IMG/VR virus record: IMGVR_UViG_3300021962_000021
Span: 62,001 to 126,000 of that record
Direction: 5' to 3' (one strand)
Length of the DNA stretch: 64,000 nucleotides
This document shows positions 46,972 to 56,082 of this stretch, one piece after another. The notes under the pieces are model-generated. The model was given only the letters and a program-made list of their open reading frames with translations, had not been told where the DNA came from and made no database searches. A program made the translations under genes and the position numbers. The number at the start of each line of letters is the position of its first letter. Position 1 is the first letter of the stretch.

Positions 46972-47217
46972 ATGAGTAAGAGTAAAGTAAATATTAAAAA
47001 GAATTACGAAATTAAGAAAGTTCGTAAAGTTATGAGAATGAAAGATAATAACTTTGAGTCCGCTACCTATGAAGTGTTTAAGGTAACTGGTCCTAATAAG
47101 TTTAAAAAGTATTTTTGTAGTAGAAAGGATGCGAAAGCGTATATTGATAAAATGACGGATACAAAAATGACTATGAGTATAGTAAAAAACATTATGAACG
47201 AAATTAAATATAAATAA
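46972..47217 (+). CDS. hypothetical protein, paralog of 48026..48397
   Basis: YEVFKVTGP versus YEVFELTGP. Confidence 0.65.
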   Translation: MSKSKVNIKKNYEIKKVRKVMRMKDNNFESATYEVFKVTGPNKFKKYFCSRKDAKAYIDKMTDTKMTMSIVKNIMNEIKYK

Positions 47218-47335
47218 TATGGGTACACACATTACCATTTTTGAATTGATTGTTATTTCAGTTGTTAGTATTATTGGATATGCCGCAGGTAAGGCGTTTT
47301 ATGAAACCTACATTAAAAAAAGTAAATAGTATATT

Positions 47336-47695
47336 ATGAGTAAGATTAGACAAGATTTAGTTTGGGAAAAAATTGGTTATGATTGGGCTAACAAAAAAAT
47401 GTTAGTAAAGGTATACGACTCCCTAAAGTATATCGTTGAATATTCGGTTGGCAAACCAACATGGACTAGTGTTATTAAGCATATGTTTATTATGCATAAT
47501 GATAACATCAATCGTATCAATGTAAACGGATACTATTCAACTATCCGCCGTATCTTAAAGGATATCAAAGTAATTGAATACTACAAAGGTGCTATTATCA
47601 AAGGTTCTAATTGGGACCGTTTTTATAGTGATGAAGATTGGTCGTGGTTTAAAACAAATACCAACTGCGGCGGTTATGGTGAAATTATTAAGTAA
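47336..47695 (+). CDS. hypothetical protein
   Basis: ORF. Confidence 0.7.
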   Translation: MSKIRQDLVWEKIGYDWANKKMLVKVYDSLKYIVEYSVGKPTWTSVIKHMFIMHNDNINRINVNGYYSTIRRILKDIKVIEYYKGAIIKGSNWDRFYSDEDWSWFKTNTNCGGYGEIIK

Positions 47696-47706
47696 AAATA
47701 TTTTAT

Positions 47707-48024
47707 ATGAGTAGAAAGAAAAGGTCAGATAGAAACCACGTTATATACGAAATTGTGAATACATCAAACGGCAAATCGTATATCGGTATAACTGCCGCAA
47801 TTGGACGTAGGTTTCATTATTCTGCTCACTTGCGTTTCTTAAAACACCAGAGCAGAGCCCGTAAAGAGAAAAAGCAATGGGCATTGTATATTGATATGCG
47901 TGAGAATGATCCTGAAGTTTACGAATTGTTTATCGTTGACGTAGTAAGGGGTAAAGCATTAGCTCACCAAATCGAAACGGAATTGTTAAAAGAATTTAAT
48001 TACGAACTAAATAGTACACATTAA
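47707..48024 (+). CDS. GIY-YIG nuclease family protein
   Basis: VIYEIVNTSNGKSYIGIT, R..H, E...N. Confidence 0.75.
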   Translation: MSRKKRSDRNHVIYEIVNTSNGKSYIGITAAIGRRFHYSAHLRFLKHQSRARKEKKQWALYIDMRENDPEVYELFIVDVVRGKALAHQIETELLKEFNYELNSTH

Positions 48025-48025
48025 T

Positions 48026-48397
48026 ATGAGTAAGAGTAAAACAAAAACATTGAAAGGGTTGAAACGTGGTTATGTTGCAACTATTAAAACAAAGATATTC
48101 AACTTTGGTGAAGGTAGGCACAAATACGAAGTGTTTGAATTAACTGGTCCTAAAATGGACAAACCTCGTTTCTTTGTTGATGAAGATTCAGTGCGTATGT
48201 TTGTGAATGCAAATGAAACTGAAACTGCATTGACTAAATCATTTGAGTCAGCAGTTAAGCGTGCTACATCAAAGAGTGAAAGAAAGGAAATGCAGGCTGC
48301 AAAGGAGTTAGGTGAATTGATGCCGGATTTGGAAGCAATTGTGCCGGCGGCAATCCGCGACTCACAAGCAACTAGACCTGAAGATACCGATAAGTAA
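48026..48397 (+). CDS. hypothetical protein
   Basis: ORF. Confidence 0.7.
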   Translation: MSKSKTKTLKGLKRGYVATIKTKIFNFGEGRHKYEVFELTGPKMDKPRFFVDEDSVRMFVNANETETALTKSFESAVKRATSKSERKEMQAAKELGELMPDLEAIVPAAIRDSQATRPEDTDK

Positions 48398-48415
48398 TTA
48401 ATTAAAACAAATAAT

Positions 48416-48769
48416 ATGAGTAAACAAACAGTAGCAGCGCCCATCACGCTGAGTCAAGCAATTGATGGCGTTAGTAATTCAATTAGTAATATCTTTAGCA
48501 AAGAAGATGTCTTGCGTTTATTGATGCGCATTGAAGTGAATGTTACAGAGCCAGAGTTCACCGAAGATGAAATGCAAGAGTTAATCGACCATGTTCGTGG
48601 TGGACTAGCATATGTAGACTCATCCGAAGTAGTGGATTATGATTCAGCAAGATTTGAAATCGGCGATGGCAATGTAGTTGAATTAAAGGACATTGATATC
48701 GACACTGACCACATTGAAGATGAAATTGAAGAGTCAATCCGTCAATGGTTCGACCACAATGTATTCTAA
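48416..48769 (+). CDS. acidic hypothetical protein
   Basis: ORF. Confidence 0.7.
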   Translation: MSKQTVAAPITLSQAIDGVSNSISNIFSKEDVLRLLMRIEVNVTEPEFTEDEMQELIDHVRGGLAYVDSSEVVDYDSARFEIGDGNVVELKDIDIDTDHIEDEIEESIRQWFDHNVF

Positions 48770-48775
48770 AATAAA

Positions 48776-48807
48776 TTTGGCAATATCGAAAATGTTTCGT
48801 ATATTGT
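48776..48807 (+). promoter_or_regulatory. Bacteroidetes-type promoter
   Basis: TTTG-N20-TATATTGT. Confidence 0.6.
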
Positions 48808-48896
48808 AAAACAATAGTGAATGAAACGCCAGTAAAGGTCCCGCTGGTGCGGAGTTCAAATTAGTAATAATTTAGAGGACCAAAAAACAGTTTTTT

Positions 48897-49217
48897 ATGG
48901 CTAAGACAATTAAGTCAAAAGTTGAGTATCAGGTAACAGAGTTAGTAAGCAATTTAAATGAAGCAGCTACTGCTACATCTGAACAAAAGAGAGATTTCTT
49001 CACAACAAGAGCATTGTATAATGCTAAGCGTTTGAGCACTATTGTGAACAAAGCTAAGATTGGTGCAATGGCGTTAGTGTTGACTATGGGTATGGTTGCG
49101 TGTGGTTCAAATAACACAGCAGCTATCAATGTAGCTGACTCTACAGCAGTTAGCGTTGATTCAACTGCAGCAGCAGTAGATACAACAGCTAAGGCTGACA
49201 CTTCTATCGTGAAGTAA
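48897..49217 (+). CDS. lipoprotein-like protein with N-terminal extension
   Basis: Internal h-region plus MVAC lipobox, then a DST/DTT-rich tail. Confidence 0.65.
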   Translation: MAKTIKSKVEYQVTELVSNLNEAATATSEQKRDFFTTRALYNAKRLSTIVNKAKIGAMALVLTMGMVACGSNNTAAINVADSTAVSVDSTAAAVDTTAKADTSIVK

Positions 49218-49223
49218 TTTATT

Positions 49224-49405
49224 GGCGGCTAGCCGTTTCATAAGTGGTTATTCTCAAAAACTTCACAGAGTTACTGACTACCGCCATGTTATTATAGCGT
49301 AGGATGGGTTCGACTCCCTACCTACGCTCTATGTTAGGATTGCATCTCGATTCTTACTCAAATGGTTATTCTCCGATTTTACTTTACAAACAAAGCATTC
49401 TAACA
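49224..49405 (+). ncRNA. putative structured 3' RNA (three hairpins)
   Basis: GGCGG/CCGCC, AGCGTAGG..TTCGACT..CCTACGCT, TGTTAGGAT/ATTCTAACA; TGGTTATTCTC twice. Confidence 0.45.
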
Positions 49406-49407
49406 AT

Positions 49408-49439
49408 AAGACCAGTGCACGAGAGCGCTGGTCTTTTTT
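49408..49439 (+). terminator. intrinsic terminator
   Basis: AAGACCAGTGC/GCGCTGGTCTT plus T tract. Confidence 0.75.
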
Positions 49440-49459
49440 ATTAACTAATGTATTAAATT

Positions 49460-49876
49460 ATGATTGAATTAGATACACCAATACAGCGGTTGGGTAGAGA
49501 GCCAACTGTGCGTATTGCAAATATGGCATTGAGGTGGTGCAAACGAAAGTTTGGAGTAAACAATCGTAAAAAATATGCACCAATCTGGACCATACAAAAA
49601 GCACCGGTGCCTGACCTGTGTGGTGAGTATGACGATAGTGAAAACGAAGTGATTATTTATTGGGATGGTTGCGACGATGTGCGAGAGCTCATAGCAACCT
49701 GTATACATGAATGGACACATCAATTACAACCTATAACAACAAAATATTATAAATACCCTGGCTCATATAGCAGGAACCCGTACGAGAGGCAAGCTCGATA
49801 TAGAGAAAAGAAATACACCCCGATATTTTGGGATGAATACAAACATAAAATAAACAAACAATGCAAGAAGCAATAA
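49460..49876 (+). CDS. zincin-like metallopeptidase domain protein
   Basis: CIHEWTHQLQ...NPYE. Confidence 0.7.
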   Translation: MIELDTPIQRLGREPTVRIANMALRWCKRKFGVNNRKKYAPIWTIQKAPVPDLCGEYDDSENEVIIYWDGCDDVRELIATCIHEWTHQLQPITTKYYKYPGSYSRNPYERQARYREKKYTPIFWDEYKHKINKQCKKQ

Positions 49877-50091
49877 AGATATTAGAACATAGTGAAGTGG
49901 TCCTTATGAAAAAGATTAAAGCAATGAAGGACGGTAAACCTAAGTATGCAGCAAGTGAAAGGTTGAGTGAATTACGCATGGCAATTCATATACTTAAAAC
50001 ACACGACGCATTGGATGAAATGATGGCAGAGAATGAAGATGCTATTCTTGCAGAACAATTTACACAACATCCCCCGCAGGCAAAAGCATAA
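49861..50091 (+). CDS. hypothetical protein
   Basis: ORF. Confidence 0.6.
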   Translation: MQEAIKILEHSEVVLMKKIKAMKDGKPKYAASERLSELRMAIHILKTHDALDEMMAENEDAILAEQFTQHPPQAKA

Positions 50092-50142
50092 ACCCTGCCG
50101 GACACCCGAGATAAAATAAATTCAGCAAAGATAACATATAGT

Positions 50143-50364
50143 ATGAATACAATAGAGAACATAACAATAGATAGACTTACTACCATAGAGAAAGAAAGAG
50201 AAACTACAATGGCAGACACTAACTTTCAACAATGGTGTAAGGATATGAAGATAGGTTATATGGTCCAAAAGAGAGAAGGCATAGATAATGCTAACGCACT
50301 AATGCAACAATGGAACAACGAAGTTCAATCTGGACTACCTGAATTTATACGAAGGTGGTTTTAA
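50143..50364 (+). CDS. hypothetical protein
   Basis: ORF. Confidence 0.6.
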   Translation: MNTIENITIDRLTTIEKERETTMADTNFQQWCKDMKIGYMVQKREGIDNANALMQQWNNEVQSGLPEFIRRWF

Positions 50365-50414
50365 GATAAAAGGCTTACTCATATACAAAGTGAATAACAA
50401 AATGTATTCACGCC

Positions 50415-50446
50415 CCCGCTAGCAGTAACTTGCTAGCGGGTTCTTT
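50415..50446 (+). terminator. intrinsic terminator
   Basis: CCCGCTAGCAG/TTGCTAGCGGG plus TTCTTT. Confidence 0.7.
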
Positions 50447-50804
50447 GTGCCCTCCCGTTTCTACCCCACTGCGCACTGAATTTCGTGTAGCTCAAAAAGA
50501 GAGCGCATTGTAAAAGCGGGTCGGATACGTGCGAATACCGGGGGCAATTTTTTCGCTATAGAGCGCAATTTTGATATATGAGTTGACACTCATGTGGAAA
50601 AATATATTTACCTAAATACGAAGGAAAAAGAAAAAAACCTCGATAGTTATAAAAGACAGCAGCAGCAAAACAGCAAAGATAGCAAATAAAGCAAGACAGT
50701 AGACAGTATAACGCTTTAATCTATTTTCCTTTATACTTATTAATACGAATTCGAATATCAGTTGACTGATGGTTATTTATTTTTTAACCCTAAACTGAAA
50801 CAAA

Positions 50805-50915
50805 ATGGCAGTATTAGATTTCGTATTAAACCTTCAATTCGTTGTTGGTTTAGTAGTAGGTTGGAAAGTTCTTCCTTACCTAATTGATTTCGGAAAGAAG
50901 TTTTTAAAGAAATAA
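50805..50915 (+). CDS. 36-aa single-TM peptide
   Basis: MAVLDFVLNLQFVVGLVVGWKVLPYLIDFGKKFLKK, followed by a terminator. Confidence 0.6.
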   Translation: MAVLDFVLNLQFVVGLVVGWKVLPYLIDFGKKFLKK

Positions 50916-50951
50916 AAAAGAGACCCCACCAAAAGTGGGGTTTTTCTTTTT
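50916..50951 (+). terminator. intrinsic terminator
   Basis: GACCCCAC/GTGGGGTT plus T tract. Confidence 0.7.
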
Positions 50952-50966
50952 CAGATATTTATTATT

Positions 50967-51335
50967 ATGAAATTAAAATCAATATTAGAAGCAACGACTG
51001 TATTTAAAGCAGGAACTGTACCTGTTATGGTTAAGTTAGTATTTTGGGATGAAAAGAACGGATTGAAAGACCCAAAGAAAGTAAATGAGATACTAAGAGT
51101 ATTGGAAAGAAATCTAATGGTTAAGAAATCAGGATTCAAAGGATTAAACATAAATGATGTAATGAATGGATTTAAATACTATGAAGCAACCGATAAGTTA
51201 ATTGGTAATTATCCAAAGCATGTATTCTTACCTACAAACAAACCAATGGGGGCAATTAGTATGAAGAATTGTAATTTCGACCATGAATTACTAAAAGTAT
51301 CAAAGACATTAGAAGTAAAACAGAAAACCGTATAA
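50967..51335 (+). CDS. hypothetical protein (putative late gene)
   Basis: ATATTTAT upstream; MKLKSILE start. Confidence 0.7.
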   Translation: MKLKSILEATTVFKAGTVPVMVKLVFWDEKNGLKDPKKVNEILRVLERNLMVKKSGFKGLNINDVMNGFKYYEATDKLIGNYPKHVFLPTNKPMGAISMKNCNFDHELLKVSKTLEVKQKTV

Positions 51336-51336
51336 T

Positions 51337-51678
51337 GTGTTAAGTGAAAGAGTATATCAGAAAGCATCAGATGATTTTGGAACGCCAGTTGGTGTAGCAA
51401 AGATATTAGGTTATAAAAAGAAATCAGAACATATTGAAGAAATTTCACAAGAGAACTATAAAGACCTATCAAAACAATTAGATATTAATTGGATTATAGC
51501 AGAAACCGTTTTGGATGGTAATTACAAAGAATTACAAAGAGAGATATATAGATTAAGGAAAACAAACAAAAGATTAAAATCGGAATTAAGTATATATAAA
51601 AGAGCATTCGATATAATAAATGGCAAAGATAATACCAATAACGCAAAATCCACAAAGATACACACAACAAACGAATAG
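51337..51678 (+). CDS. hypothetical coiled-coil protein
   Basis: ORF. Confidence 0.6.
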   Translation: MLSERVYQKASDDFGTPVGVAKILGYKKKSEHIEEISQENYKDLSKQLDINWIIAETVLDGNYKELQREIYRLRKTNKRLKSELSIYKRAFDIINGKDNTNNAKSTKIHTTNE

Positions 51679-52783
51679 TTGGGTAATATCGGCTTCTCCC
51701 AATATCTCGCCAATCACTATTGAAAAAGGAATTTCTATCGGAAACCTTAAACCCGTATTAGAAGTGGATGGTATTATAGTGAAAGCAGATGATTGGTATT
51801 TGTGTTCGCAAAAGACAATAGATGCTTTACAAACTTCTAACAATCCACACTACGCAATAGAATCTAACGGTCCTATCAAAGTGAAAGATAAAGAGGTTTT
51901 GATGGGTAAGAGTATTAAGATAATAGAGATAGATGTAGATAAGTTAAAGAAAGAAGCAGAAGGGTTAGATTTCCAAAACCGTAAAGCTGCCGTTTCTTAT
52001 GTAGATTATATATTTGAAGGTGATACGCAGGACGGTGTTCCGGTAAACCTCATTCGACAAATCAATTATACACTTAACCCTACTATTGATAGACCCGTAG
52101 ATAAGTATGGATTACATTCCTTTCAGTTAGGGGATGATGATACTATATACTCTATTGATAAATTAAATACAGAAACAAAACAGTCCGATGGGACATTAGA
52201 TAAGAGTAAATTAGAAAACTTTCTTCAAAACTTACAAAATAGGCTTATCATACTCCGTAGTGATTTTAATATGATTAAGGATGTATTCTATAATGGAACA
52301 TTCCCTGATTCTCAAGTTACTATTGATTTCGAAAAGGTCGCAACTACTGGTCTAAGTGATACTGCTAAAGAAGAACCACCGGTAGTATTCAAGTATACTC
52401 AACTTGCTCAAGTGGTAGAAACACCACTTACTTCTACTTCCTCCGGGTCTGCGGATAATACAACCAATAATACCACTACTACCGAGCCTACACCATTACA
52501 ACCTGGTCAACCGGCTACAAACCCAACTCCACCAATCATCCAATTAAAGATGAGAAAGAAAAGAGATTTGCGTTCTAATACTATACCGGTGTGGAGAAAT
52601 GACCCGACCGTTGGTGATAAGGGTGGGAGAAAAAGGTTAATCAAAGAAGGTGATACATTTTGGGGATACTTCTTTAAAGATTGGGAACATGGGCAAAAGG
52701 TATGGGTTGTATATGAATCGGATAAAACTACCATTGTTGGATGGGGTGTTGCTGATAGAAACGATTTTGTCGATCCTGTATAA
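51620..52783 (+). CDS. hypothetical protein with T/P-rich linker and small C-terminal beta domain (possibly virion)
   Basis: 387-aa ORF. Confidence 0.7.
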   Translation: MAKIIPITQNPQRYTQQTNSWVISASPNISPITIEKGISIGNLKPVLEVDGIIVKADDWYLCSQKTIDALQTSNNPHYAIESNGPIKVKDKEVLMGKSIKIIEIDVDKLKKEAEGLDFQNRKAAVSYVDYIFEGDTQDGVPVNLIRQINYTLNPTIDRPVDKYGLHSFQLGDDDTIYSIDKLNTETKQSDGTLDKSKLENFLQNLQNRLIILRSDFNMIKDVFYNGTFPDSQVTIDFEKVATTGLSDTAKEEPPVVFKYTQLAQVVETPLTSTSSGSADNTTNNTTTTEPTPLQPGQPATNPTPPIIQLKMRKKRDLRSNTIPVWRNDPTVGDKGGRKRLIKEGDTFWGYFFKDWEHGQKVWVVYESDKTTIVGWGVADRNDFVDPV

Positions 52784-52803
52784 TTATTTTAAACTGTTAT
52801 ATT

Positions 52804-53079
52804 ATGAATAAATTAAAGTTATTAAACGAAAGTGTAATAAAGTGGATGGAACATATCGGAGTGGTCATGCGAATAATAGCATTTGGCACTCTTTCTATTA
52901 TGGGACCTGATACACCCTTTCTCGCTATGTGGATATGGAATACTATTGATGCAATCATTCTTACATATGCCGCATGGGAAAGAGATAATAAAGCATACGT
53001 TATCTTAAACACTTTTTGGTGTATTGTTGGATTGGTAGGTATTTACACATCAATTTACGGAAATGGTATCAATCATTAA
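52804..53079 (+). CDS. membrane protein
   Basis: Three TM segments. Confidence 0.65.
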   Translation: MNKLKLLNESVIKWMEHIGVVMRIIAFGTLSIMGPDTPFLAMWIWNTIDAIILTYAAWERDNKAYVILNTFWCIVGLVGIYTSIYGNGINH

Positions 53080-53206
53080 TAAACTTTCCGATTGGTTTAC
53101 GGTTATAATCCTCCTACCCGTTGTTTTAATTAGCCTGGCTTGCGCCATTTTGTATTGGGGTATAAAGTTACCTTTTTGGTATGTTGCACGAAAAATGAAG
53201 AGATAA
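53063..53206 (+). CDS. small membrane protein (47 aa)
   Basis: MVSIINKLSDWFTVIILLPVVLISLAC... Confidence 0.5.
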   Translation: MVSIINKLSDWFTVIILLPVVLISLACAILYWGIKLPFWYVARKMKR

Positions 53207-53785
53207 ATGGTTATAGATGTATATAACGGAAAATGGGGAGTTCCCGCGAAATGTGGTTCTCGATATTTTTCTAAAACCGTATTATTACTTAATTCACACA
53301 TTAATATAAATTATAGAGTTCCGTTTGAAAAATTAAACAAACTGGGATTAGAAGTGATTATAATACGAAATCCACTTTCACATTTAGAATCTGCTTTACA
53401 AACGGAAGTGATGGAGTGTTGGGATGATTCGGATAAAATTCTAAAGATATTATTAAAATTTTCCGATATACAATTTGGTGGAACACACTATCATCCACAT
53501 TTTTGTGAAAAAATATATTATATTTGGTATAATAGTGAATTGAGAATAGTGGATTTATCCAATCTTTCCGGATTTATGGAAGAAATATTGAAAACCATAC
53601 CATACAATCAAAATGAATACGATTTTCATACTGAACCAAATTATAAATCAAAAAAAGAAGTTTGGGATAAGTGCGTTGATTTATATCCTGAATTGATGGA
53701 TAAATTGATTAGATATACCCAAAGTGATATGAAGTATTATAATGCTTTATTGAATAAGGATAAGAGTTTAATTAAAATAATATAG
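53207..53785 (+). CDS. sulfotransferase-like protein (degenerate)
   Basis: PAKCGSR (5'PSB-like), IRNPLSHLESA (3'PB-like); ends KSLIKII. Confidence 0.55.
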   Translation: MVIDVYNGKWGVPAKCGSRYFSKTVLLLNSHININYRVPFEKLNKLGLEVIIIRNPLSHLESALQTEVMECWDDSDKILKILLKFSDIQFGGTHYHPHFCEKIYYIWYNSELRIVDLSNLSGFMEEILKTIPYNQNEYDFHTEPNYKSKKEVWDKCVDLYPELMDKLIRYTQSDMKYYNALLNKDKSLIKII

Positions 53786-53849
53786 GGTCTATCAATAGAG
53801 ATACCAAAAATTTTCTTTTAAAAAACGACCTCCCCCAACCCCCACCCCT

Positions 53850-53881
53850 TTTGGTAAATTCAAAAATTATTCGTATATTTG
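53850..53881 (+). promoter_or_regulatory. Bacteroidetes-type promoter of the tailoring-enzyme operon
   Basis: TTTG-N20-TATATTTG. Confidence 0.7.
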
Positions 53882-53897
53882 TTCATAAAACTAAACT

Positions 53898-54461
53898 ATG
53901 ATATTAGAAGATAAAGGTATATCGGTAATTCCAAAGTTTCTATCAAATGAAGAATGTGAATGGATTATAGATAAATGTCTTTCTGATTTGGATTTAAAAG
54001 ATGCGGAAGTATACAATACATATAAAAAAGAAAGTCAGAAAAAGACAAGAAAATCAAAAGTTGCATTTGTGGGTGATTTAAATAACATCAATACAAAAAT
54101 TACAAATGAAATATTAAAAAGAACACCGAAACAAAGAGGTTATGAATTATATGTTGAAAGTTTTCAATTTACAGAATATAATGTAGGCGATTACTTTGAT
54201 TGGCATTCTGATTCAAATGATAATATCTTTAAAGATAGAATATATACAGTTGTGATACAATTAAATGATGAGTATACTTCTGGTGATTTTCAATTAATGT
54301 TAGAAAATTCTATAACATTAAAACCAGGAAAAGGTAATATGTTTATATTTCCATCGGCAATATTACATAGAGTAAAACCCGTAGAATCAGGAAAAAGATA
54401 TTCATTAGTTAGTTGGTTGAAATTAAAAAAAATAGAAAATAATAAAACAGAATTGATATAA
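53898..54461 (+). CDS. 2OG-Fe(II) oxygenase (prolyl-4-hydroxylase-like)
   Basis: DWHSD, LHRVKPV, RYSLV; ends KTELI. Confidence 0.88.
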   Translation: MILEDKGISVIPKFLSNEECEWIIDKCLSDLDLKDAEVYNTYKKESQKKTRKSKVAFVGDLNNINTKITNEILKRTPKQRGYELYVESFQFTEYNVGDYFDWHSDSNDNIFKDRIYTVVIQLNDEYTSGDFQLMLENSITLKPGKGNMFIFPSAILHRVKPVESGKRYSLVSWLKLKKIENNKTELI

Positions 54462-55114
54462 TGGAATTTACAAAATATAATTTCGGGCCCGAATTAATGA
54501 AAACCAATATTGATTTGGATTTATGTAAAGAACTTCTATCCGTTGGGAGAAATGAAATTTTAATAGATAATAAGCTCGATTCCATAACATTTGATACATC
54601 TTACAAATATAGTTTTGAAAATGTAAGTTATTTTAAAAATAAAATTTCCGTTTATATAGAAAATTATATAAAAGAAATTGCCAAAATTAGAAATTTAAAG
54701 CCATTTCGATTTGGAATTAATATTGAAGATTTATGGATTAATTTTCAAAAAAGTAGAGATTTTAATTCTCCACATTTTCATGCATATGATATATCCTTTG
54801 TAATATATGTGGATATGCCGGATGAAATTAAAAATGAAAAAACTATTAAAAGAGGATTTCAAAATGGAAGTATATCATTTTTATATGGACAAAATGTAAA
54901 AAAATTTGATTCAAATGCACAAGAATTTTCAAATACGGTAAATAGTTATATGTCACCGATAACACAGATAAATCATTCACCGATTACAGGGGAAATGTTT
55001 ATATTTCCAGCGTATTTAATGCATTATGTTAGTCCATTTTTTACAAAAGATGTAGAACGGATATCAGTTGCGGGTAATGTCAGTTTAATAGATAATAAAA
55101 AAAGTATAATATAA
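54461..55114 (+). CDS. putative 2OG-Fe(II) oxygenase (TIGR02466-like)
   Basis: WIN, PHFH, FPAYLMHYV, RISVAGN; ends KKSII. Confidence 0.8.
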   Translation: MEFTKYNFGPELMKTNIDLDLCKELLSVGRNEILIDNKLDSITFDTSYKYSFENVSYFKNKISVYIENYIKEIAKIRNLKPFRFGINIEDLWINFQKSRDFNSPHFHAYDISFVIYVDMPDEIKNEKTIKRGFQNGSISFLYGQNVKKFDSNAQEFSNTVNSYMSPITQINHSPITGEMFIFPAYLMHYVSPFFTKDVERISVAGNVSLIDNKKSII

Positions 55115-55401
55115 TGAGTTTTAATCCTAAAGAAATTATTAATGCTTGGATTACATCATTCAACCCTAATTCAACACAAAAGAGTTTAGCAGAAGAACGT
55201 ATGAGCATTTGTATGAAGTGTGAGTTTAGAAAAGAAATTATACACAATAAAAAATGGTCTGCAATATGTGGTGGATGTGGATGTCCTTTAGAAAAGAAAA
55301 TATTTACAGACCAGGCCGGAACATGTCCAAAATCAAAGTGGAATAGTGTTGAAGAAAAATATATAAAAACTCTAAAAGTTAAAACTAAAACAATTATTTA
55401 A
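55114..55401 (+). CDS. small Cys-rich protein (DUF6171-like)
   Basis: RMSICMKC, CGGCGCP, CPKSKW; ends KTKTII. Confidence 0.7.
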   Translation: MSFNPKEIINAWITSFNPNSTQKSLAEERMSICMKCEFRKEIIHNKKWSAICGGCGCPLEKKIFTDQAGTCPKSKWNSVEEKYIKTLKVKTKTII

Positions 55402-55403
55402 TT

Positions 55404-56045
55404 ATGAAAAAAATTACGTTTGAAGATGGTGTAGATTTGTATATAGTAAAATTAGAAAATACAAAGTTACAATCTGATGTTTTAGGAAATTGTATATCAT
55501 TTTTATCTACCGCCAATTATGTTCCCCAAGATAATTATCCATATTTAAACGATTGGGGTAGTTTTGATTTTAAAAAAGAAATGATACCATCGAATTATAT
55601 TGAAGAAATTATTAAAATTTGTTTGAATGAATGTGTTGAGTTAGGTATAAAAGATGAACTGAATTTTAATAAAGTTAATATTAATGCTTGGATAAATGTT
55701 GTAAAAACTGGAAAACCAAAACAAAATAATTTTAAATATGGTGGTGATGTTAAATTACATAACCACATAGATTTGCAAAAAATTATAAATTCTTTTTATC
55801 CGGAATATACTTTTGTATATTATGCCCAAATGCCAAATAATCTATCAGATACGGAAGGCACTTTAATAGTAGAAGGTAAAAACAAAAAAAGATATTATTA
55901 TTTACCAGAAGAAGGTGAAGTGGTTATTATGAAATCTAATTTAGAACATTCACCAAATAATTCACCCAATTCAACAAAAAATAGAATTGTTATAGCGGGT
56001 AATGTAGGATTTGAATCTGCGAAAAAAATTAGTAGTTTAATTTAA
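55404..56045 (+). CDS. putative 2OG-Fe(II) oxygenase
   Basis: AWINV, LHNH, LEHSP, RIVIAGN; ends KISSLI. Confidence 0.7.
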   Translation: MKKITFEDGVDLYIVKLENTKLQSDVLGNCISFLSTANYVPQDNYPYLNDWGSFDFKKEMIPSNYIEEIIKICLNECVELGIKDELNFNKVNINAWINVVKTGKPKQNNFKYGGDVKLHNHIDLQKIINSFYPEYTFVYYAQMPNNLSDTEGTLIVEGKNKKRYYYLPEEGEVVIMKSNLEHSPNNSPNSTKNRIVIAGNVGFESAKKISSLI

Positions 56046-56082
56046 AAAACCAATATATTTATATAAATAAGACAATAAAAAA

